From the NCBI GenBank assembly GCA_043815885.1, contig JBDRIL010000045.1, positions 1 to 11,597 of the forward strand: a DNA stretch of 11,597 bases, in the 5' to 3' direction. Position 1 is the first letter of the stretch. Every line of letters starts with the position of its first letter. Below are positions 6,284 to 11,597 of this stretch, piece after piece. The notes under the pieces are model-generated. The model did no database searches. It worked only from the letters and a program-made list of their open reading frames with translations, and was not told where the DNA came from. The translations under genes and the position numbers were made by a program. Source of the DNA: an archaeon (lineage in GTDB: Archaea > Iainarchaeota > Iainarchaeia > Iainarchaeales > 1-14-0-10-31-34).

Positions 6284-6337
6284 CTATTACCTCGCTTTAC
6301 TCGGTAATAGGAGTTCCTCGCTTTTCGCTAGGAAAAC
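6284..6337 (-). repeat. C-A hairpin module pair of the tRNA-leader family
   Basis: GTTTTCCTAGCGAAAAGCGAGGAACTCCTATTACCGAGTAAAGCGAGGTAATAG closely matches 11271-11324. Confidence 0.85.
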
Positions 6338-6506
6338 AATTCATATAATTAAGTAGATTAAAGAATAAGAATTTATTGGAGTAGAAGTAAATCACTTTGC
6401 ATTTTAAATCAATAACATTTTTAATGGAATTGAGTTTTAAAATATGTTGATTGCTGTATGGAGAGAAAGGATATTACTTTAGTTACATCGAAAGGAGTTG
6501 AAAAAA

Positions 6507-6635
6507 ATGCCTAAAAAACCACTGCCACCATTACGAGAGCAACCAGGAAAAATACGTAAACGGCTACTTGCAGAAGAATTACGAAAACATCAGGAAGCGA
6601 ATAACCCAACAGGAAAGGAAAAGAAAAAAAGATAG
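6507..6635 (+). CDS. Small basic hypothetical protein (42 aa)
   Basis: MPKKPLPPLREQPGKIRKRLLAEELRKHQEANNPTGKEKKKR; GGAG SD-like motif at 6494-6497; below the ORF-track length cut-off. Confidence 0.45.
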   Translation: MPKKPLPPLREQPGKIRKRLLAEELRKHQEANNPTGKEKKKR

Positions 6636-6699
6636 CTTCCAACAAAAAAAGGCTGAATTCTTCCATAATGAATTTAAATTAAAGAACTGTATTCTTATT

Positions 6700-8553
6700 A
6701 TGCAATTCAGATTAGTGGCTGAATACTTTGACAGGATTGAGAAGGTTTCCTCCAGACTTGAAATGACTGATTTATTGGCGGAATTATTCAATCACGTTAC
6801 AGCTGAAAACATGAAGGAAGTTGTTTATCTTTCCCAGGGAAAGCTTGCACCGAATTATGAGAGCATTGAAGCAGGAATGGGGGAAAAGCTGTTAATGGAT
6901 TCCATAGCAAAGGCAAGCGGTTTCACTAGAAATGAAATTGAAAAGGGATTCAAGGAAAAAGGCGATTTAGGTTTAGTTGCAGAGGAAATAATCAAGAAAA
7001 AAAAGCAGTCAGCATTATTCACTCAGGAATTAACTGTAGAGAAAGTGTACAAGAATTTAATAAAGATTGCTAAAGTGGAAGGTTCTGGAAGCCAGGAAAT
7101 GAAGTTAAAGCTCATGGCAGAATTGCTCAACAGTTCTTCCGGAGTAGAGGCAAAGTATATTGTAAGGATTCCGTTAGAAAATTTAAGATTAGGAATTGGA
7201 GATCCTACAATAATGGATGCATTTGCATTGAATTTAATTGAAGAAGGAAAAAAGGACAAGCAATTAGTGAAAAAAATTGAAAAGGAAATGAAGGAAAAGA
7301 AAATTAAAGAAAAAGATTGGAAGGAAGAATTGAATAGAAAAGTAAAGGCTGTTTTGAGGGAAAGGATTGAAGAGAAGTATAATATTCATTCTGATCTGGG
7401 GGAGATTGGAAGAAGATTAAAGGAAAAAGGATTGAGGGGACTGGAAAAAATAAGTATTCAGGCAGGAATTCCAATAAGACCGACTCTCGCAGAAAGATTG
7501 AGTACAGCAGAAGAAATCGTAAAAAAGATTGGAAAGTGCGCTGTAGAAAGTAAATATGATGGATTTAGGTTGCAGGTAAATAAGGATGGAGATAATGTAA
7601 CGATTTTTTCAAGGCAACAGGAAAATATTACTCATATGTTTCCGGAGATAGTGGAAGGAGTAAAGAAGCAGTTAAAGGCAAAGAGTGCAATAATTGAAGG
7701 CGAAGCCCTTGCAGTAAATGAAAATACCGGAGAATTCTTTCCTTTTCAGGTTACGATTCAGAGAAAGAGAAAGTATGGAATTGGAGAAAAAGCCAAAGAA
7801 TTTCCATTGAAATTATTTGTATTTGATGTAATGATGTTTAATGGAAGGAATTTAATGAATGAACCCTTCTCCAAAAGAAGAAAGTTACTGGAAAAAATAA
7901 TAGAGAAGGGGAAAGTAATTGAATTAACTGAAAGCATTATTGCTGCTGACCCAAAAAAAATTAATTCTTTTTTTGAGAAATCAATTGAAAGAGGATTGGA
8001 GGGGATTATTGCAAAGGACTTGAATGCAAAGTATATTGCTGGAGCAAGAAAGTTCTCCTGGATTAAATTAAAGCGTTCCTATAAAGGGGAATTGAGTGAT
8101 ACAGTTGATGCAGTAATAATTGGTTACTATAAGGGAAGGGGAAAGAGAACCCAGTTTGGCTTGGGGGCACTGCTTACAGCGGTTTACGATGAAAAAAAAG
8201 ATGAATTCAGGAGCATTGCAAAGATTGGGACTGGAATGAGCGAGGAAAAAATAAAGGAACTGGAAGGAATATTGAGTAAAATTAAGTCCTTAAAAAAACC
8301 TGTTAGAGTGAATTCTGAACTCGAGCCTGATTACTGGGTTGAACCAAAATATGTAATTGAGGCAAGGGCAGACGAAATAACCAAGAGCCCTGTACATACA
8401 GCAGGAAAAAAGAAGGGAGAAGGCTATGCTTTAAGGTTTCCAAGAATGATTTCAATCAGAACAGACAAAAAACCAGAGGAAGCTACCACGGAAAAAGAAA
8501 TAATTAAAATGTATGAATCCCAAAAACATGTAAGCACAGAAGAAGTGGTATAA
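6700..8553 (+). CDS. lig: ATP-dependent DNA ligase (probable start ATG 6700, 617 aa)
   Basis: Motif I ESKYDGFR, III IIEGE, IIIa FVFDVM, IV EGIIAK, V WIKLK, VI ALRFPR. Typical N-terminus MQFRLVAEYFDRIE, with TATA-like TTTAAATT at 6673-6680. Confidence 0.97.
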   Translation: MQFRLVAEYFDRIEKVSSRLEMTDLLAELFNHVTAENMKEVVYLSQGKLAPNYESIEAGMGEKLLMDSIAKASGFTRNEIEKGFKEKGDLGLVAEEIIKKKKQSALFTQELTVEKVYKNLIKIAKVEGSGSQEMKLKLMAELLNSSSGVEAKYIVRIPLENLRLGIGDPTIMDAFALNLIEEGKKDKQLVKKIEKEMKEKKIKEKDWKEELNRKVKAVLRERIEEKYNIHSDLGEIGRRLKEKGLRGLEKISIQAGIPIRPTLAERLSTAEEIVKKIGKCAVESKYDGFRLQVNKDGDNVTIFSRQQENITHMFPEIVEGVKKQLKAKSAIIEGEALAVNENTGEFFPFQVTIQRKRKYGIGEKAKEFPLKLFVFDVMMFNGRNLMNEPFSKRRKLLEKIIEKGKVIELTESIIAADPKKINSFFEKSIERGLEGIIAKDLNAKYIAGARKFSWIKLKRSYKGELSDTVDAVIIGYYKGRGKRTQFGLGALLTAVYDEKKDEFRSIAKIGTGMSEEKIKELEGILSKIKSLKKPVRVNSELEPDYWVEPKYVIEARADEITKSPVHTAGKKKGEGYALRFPRMISIRTDKKPEEATTEKEIIKMYESQKHVSTEEVV

Positions 8554-8804
8554 TGAAGGAATCAAAGATTTCTGTAATGTTCAGGATGCTCGCTTTTTTT
8601 GCGGCTTTTGGAGTGGTGGTTTATGCAATGCTTGTATTGAATGATTACTTGGGAGATTTCAGGAACCTGTATTTTCTTTTGGGTAATTGGGGAGACGCTA
8701 TAGGGTTAGCGATATTCATTCTTGGAATTTCCTTTATTTTGAGGTATCTTCTTTTGTGGCAGTACAGGAAGAGCGCTGGGATAAAGAGAAGGAAAAGAAA
8801 ATGA
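8553..8804 (+). CDS. Small two-TM membrane protein (83 aa)
   Basis: Two hydrophobic helices and a basic tail; TAATG coupling to lig and ATGA coupling to the next gene. Confidence 0.75.
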   Translation: MKESKISVMFRMLAFFAAFGVVVYAMLVLNDYLGDFRNLYFLLGNWGDAIGLAIFILGISFILRYLLLWQYRKSAGIKRRKRK

Positions 8805-9397
8805 ATGCAATAATTGTAGTTGGTCTTGCAAGATCTGGAAAGGATACTGTGGCTGAATTCATTGAAAGAGATTATGGATTGAAGAAATTTGTTCTTTCAG
8901 ATGTATTGGCAGAAGAATTAAGGAAGAGGGGAAGGAAGGTTTCAAAGAAGGGAATGGTGGAGTTAGGGGACGAATTGAGGAAGAAGCATGGAATGGACAT
9001 AGTTGCAAGAAAGCTGTATAAAAAAATCATTAAATCCAAATCAAAAAAAGATGTCTTGATTGTTGGCGCAAGGTCAATAGAGGAAGTCAATTACTTCAGG
9101 AAAAGAATGAAGAAAATCTTTATCGTGAAAATTGAAACGCCTTTGAAGGAGAGATTCAGCAGAAGGAGTTCTCTTGATCCTTCCACCCTGAAGGAATTCA
9201 GGAAGAGAGATTTAATTGATAAAAAGAACAAAGGAATGGAAAAAGTGTTGAGTAAAGCTGATTATATTATAAAAAATAATTCTGGAAAGATGGAATTGCA
9301 TAAAAAAATTGGTTTCTTAATAGAAAACATTTATAAACAGAAACGCGTAGTTGTTATTGGTGATAAGCTTTATGGCTATGGAAAACATTTTGAGTGA
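8801..9397 (+). CDS. P-loop NMP-kinase-like protein (UPF0200/dephospho-CoA-kinase-like); probable start ATG 8801
   Basis: IIVVGLARSGKDT Walker A, SDVLAEEL, GDELRKKHG, GARSIEEV and ADYIIKNN. Confidence 0.85.
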   Translation: MNAIIVVGLARSGKDTVAEFIERDYGLKKFVLSDVLAEELRKRGRKVSKKGMVELGDELRKKHGMDIVARKLYKKIIKSKSKKDVLIVGARSIEEVNYFRKRMKKIFIVKIETPLKERFSRRSSLDPSTLKEFRKRDLIDKKNKGMEKVLSKADYIIKNNSGKMELHKKIGFLIENIYKQKRVVVIGDKLYGYGKHFE

Positions 9398-10049
9398 TAC
9401 CGGAAACGCATTAATCCAAGCATTGTATAGCCTATGGGATACATTCGTTCTAACGATTCCAGGATTGCTTGCAGCTATAGTCTTAATTATCATTGGATGG
9501 ATCATCGGAAAAGTACTGAAGGAAGTAGTAGTCAGAATCATCAGGATAGCAAAAATAGATGAATGGGTCGAAGAACATAAACTTTCAGCTGTGATTGGCC
9601 ATGTTCCAATTTCAGCTATTGCAGGAACCATTGTAAAATGGTATGTAATCGTTTTGTTCTTGGCTCAGGCAGTAGCATTCATTCAGTTAAAAGTACTGGA
9701 GAACTTCCTGACTTATCTGTGGGTATTCATTCCAAGGGTGTTGGCTGCATTTGCTTTCATTGTAATGGGATTCCTGTTGGCTAGATATGTCAGAAACATG
9801 GTTGAAAAGACGGCTCACACGCACAAGGCAATCTTTGGACTTGTAATAGAGATAGTCATTATGTACGTTGCAGTAGTACTTGCCTTAATGAACATGGGCT
9901 TTGATGTAACAATACTGTTAGATGCATTCAGAATAGCATTGACAGCATTCGTTGTAATCTTTGCCTTAATCATTGGAATAGCGTTTGCAGTAGCATTCAA
10001 GAAAGACATACTTGGGTTCGCGACCGACATAAAGAAGCAGGTAAAGTAA
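9372..10049 (+). CDS. CmpX-like membrane protein with MscS-type conserved TM helix repeats
   Basis: Two repeats, IPGLLAAIVLIIIGWIIG and IPRVLAAFAFIVMGFLLA; GGTGAT SD at 9359-9364; no cytoplasmic MscS beta domain apparent. Confidence 0.8.
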   Translation: MAMENILSDTGNALIQALYSLWDTFVLTIPGLLAAIVLIIIGWIIGKVLKEVVVRIIRIAKIDEWVEEHKLSAVIGHVPISAIAGTIVKWYVIVLFLAQAVAFIQLKVLENFLTYLWVFIPRVLAAFAFIVMGFLLARYVRNMVEKTAHTHKAIFGLVIEIVIMYVAVVLALMNMGFDVTILLDAFRIALTAFVVIFALIIGIAFAVAFKKDILGFATDIKKQVK

Positions 10050-10088
10050 AAAGTAAAGGGAATTTTTCTCCCTACTTTTTTTTCTTTT
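10048..10088 (+). terminator. Putative terminator (imperfect hairpin plus T-tract)
   Basis: AAAAGTA..GGGA/TCCC-TACTTTT followed by a long T run right after the stop codon. Confidence 0.45.
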
Positions 10089-10254
10089 TATATAATTAAA
10101 TAGCTTTAAAAAGGTTTTATAGCAGAAATAAAAATATAATTAAACCCTAATTTTATTCTTTGATTAAAAGAATTACTTTAGGGCTAATATCAAAGGGCAA
10201 AAATATAGAAACAAAATTTGTCCTTTGATATAAACCTTGCGGAGGACAAACCTT

Positions 10255-10941
10255 ATGGATAAAGTTGCAGAATTAAGGCCCTTTCAGAAAAGGGTTGAAT
10301 TGCTCGTGAAAGTAGTGGAAAAAACAGAAGAAAGAGAAGTTACCTCAAGACTGGACAATACCACTCACAGGGTATCAGAAGCAGTAGTGGGAGACGAAAC
10401 AGGAACAATACTTCTCACTCTGTGGGATGACCTCATAGACAAAATAGAGCAAGATAAAGTGTATAAGGTAACAAACGGTTACACCTCTCTCTTCAAGAAC
10501 ACCCTTAGACTGAATATCGGAAGATACGGTACAATAGAGGACTCAAGCGAAGAAATAGGAGAAGTAAACTCTGACAATAATGTATCAGAAAAAGAAATTC
10601 AGACAGGAGGAAGGTTCGGAGGAGAAAGAGGCGGTGGCTTCAGAAGAGGATTCGAGAAAAGAGAAAAACCAAAAAGAGAGGAAACAGAAGAAGAAGACAC
10701 AAGCGACGAAGACAAAGAAGATGACGAAGAAAGCGATGACGACTCAGAAGACGAACCAGAAGCTGATACAGAAGAAGACACTGCTTCTGAAAAAAGCAGT
10801 GGCGCAAAAGATAAAAAGAACAAGAAAAAAGAAGCTGCTGAAGAAACAAGCGACGAAGACAAAGAAGAAGACGAAGAAAGCGATGACGACTCAGAAGACG
10901 AACCAGAAGCTGATACAGAAGAAGACGAAGAACTGAAATAA
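10255..10941 (+). CDS. ssb: Single-OB-fold ssDNA-binding protein with RGG and acidic tail (probable start ATG 10255)
   Basis: MDKVAELRP...VSEAVVGDETGTILLTLWD...NGYTSLFKNTLRLNIGRYG resembles the Sulfolobus-type SSB OB fold; GGAGG SD at 10241-10245. Confidence 0.9.
   Translation: MDKVAELRPFQKRVELLVKVVEKTEEREVTSRLDNTTHRVSEAVVGDETGTILLTLWDDLIDKIEQDKVYKVTNGYTSLFKNTLRLNIGRYGTIEDSSEEIGEVNSDNNVSEKEIQTGGRFGGERGGGFRRGFEKREKPKREETEEEDTSDEDKEDDEESDDDSEDEPEADTEEDTASEKSSGAKDKKNKKKEAAEETSDEDKEEDEESDDDSEDEPEADTEEDEELK
10699..10926 (+). repeat. 81-nt in-frame direct repeat in the ssb tail
   Basis: 10699-10779 vs 10846-10926, 80/81 identical. Confidence 0.95.
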
Positions 10942-10951
10942 ACCGGAATTG

Positions 10952-10980
10952 ATTTCTTCTATTTTTATTCTTTTTTTTAT
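10952..10980 (+). terminator. Archaeal T-rich terminator after ssb
   Basis: TTTCTTCTATTTTTATTCTTTTTTTT immediately after the stop codon. Confidence 0.5.
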
Positions 10981-11270
10981 TGCATACCAAAGGCATGCAT
11001 TGTTTTTTTGATAAAACTCCCAATTTGAGTATAACTCAAATGGGTCCCTTTGAATCCTTAGATTCAAACAGGGTTTCTTAAAAGTTTTTTATTTATCTGC
11101 CTATTTACATAAACCTTAAAAACTGATTCCATTTCAATTACTAGAGTGATGGACTCATGAGAAGGGATCGACAAATACTGGCGGAAAATTGATTTTTCGG
11201 ATTCTATTATTGAATTAAATAATAATAAAAACGTTTTCTGGGGTGATAATTCTTTCAACACTTAAATTAA

Positions 11271-11389
11271 GTTTTCCTAGCGAAAGCAAGGAAATCCTAC
11301 TACCGAACGAAAGTGAGGTATTAGTGCGAAGCACGTACTACTGACCGAAGGGAAGTAGTACACTGACGTAAACCGGCAGTGGCGGTTTC
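11271..11389 (+). repeat. Modular hairpin array (C-A-C-A-B) abutting tRNA-Ile
   Basis: Contains an exact 25-nt match TACTACTGACCGAAGGGAAGTAGTA (11336-11360 = 324-348) and ends with AAACCG-GCAGTGG-CGGTTT one nt before the tRNA. Confidence 0.9.
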
Positions 11390-11463
11390 GGGCCTGTAGC
11401 TCAGCCTGGTTAGAGCATTGGTCTTATACACCAAGTGTCGGGGGTTCAAATCCTCCCGGCCCA
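11390..11463 (+). tRNA. tRNA-Ile(TAT)
   Basis: D arm GCTC/GAGC; anticodon arm TTGGT-CTTATAC-ACCAA (TAT 11425-11427); T arm GGGGG-TTCAAAT-CCTCC; acceptor GGGCCTG/CGGCCC+A with one unpaired base. Confidence 0.88.
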
Positions 11464-11521
11464 CTAGCCCTTTCTTTAAAAAAGAAAGTGCTAGGACCCC
11501 AAAGAAAGAAGTTTCAAAAAA
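11464..11521 (+). repeat. tRNA 3' trailer repeat (copy after tRNA-Ile)
   Basis: 54/58 identity to the reverse complement of 5601-5658. Confidence 0.9.
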
Positions 11522-11535
11522 GAAAGGGAATTTAA

Positions 11536-11597
11536 ATGAAAAAAAAGAAGTTATTGGAAGCGTATTCTCTTGAGAAAGAGAATGAAGTAAAAAAATT
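11536..11597 (+). CDS. 5' end of a CDS running off the window; possibly a class Ia aaRS (IleRS-like)
   Basis: MKKKKLLEAYSLEKENEVKK resembles the Y...E.E.EV.KFW N-terminal helix of Ile/Val/Leu-RS. Only 20 codons are visible. Confidence 0.35.
   Translation, partial: MKKKKLLEAYSLEKENEVKK

Noticed and set aside
6568..6699. N-terminal extension of ligase from the TTG start
   Set aside because: Family-like sequence starts at ATG 6700, which has a TATA box about 25 nt upstream.
8687..8800. N-terminal extension of the kinase ORF
   Set aside because: Overlaps the membrane protein gene; the ATGA-coupled start at 8801 directly precedes the P-loop strand.
10580..11023. Alternative-frame and antisense ORFs over the ssb tail, and similar ones over 3188-4023
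   Set aside because: Shadows of low-complexity GAA/AAA-rich coding sequence.

Overview
AT-rich archaeal chromosomal window. An intron-containing tRNA-Trp, archaeal-type ProRS, ATP-dependent DNA ligase, single-OB SSB and tRNA-Ile(UAU) suggest a DPANN-type lineage (inference). Coding content is mostly housekeeping: a membrane-anchored protein, an HTH/PIN/GNAT operon, a K/E-rich orphan, proS, lig, a small membrane protein, an NMP-kinase-like P-loop protein, a CmpX/MscS-TM protein, ssb, and the start of a possible class Ia aaRS. The most unusual signal is non-coding. All four tRNA genes (Trp-CCA, Pro-GGG, Pro-TGG, Ile-TAT) are directly preceded by arrays of shuffled, homologous hairpin modules in tRNA-sense orientation. 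These modules have GNA/GAAA loops, tandem GA:GA mismatches and a covarying spacer-loop pairing. Three of the four tRNAs are also followed by a related trailer element. I do not recognise this tRNA-flanking repeat system as a described family. It could be a structured pre-tRNA leader or an ssDNA/HUH-type (REP-like) element that targets tRNA genes.
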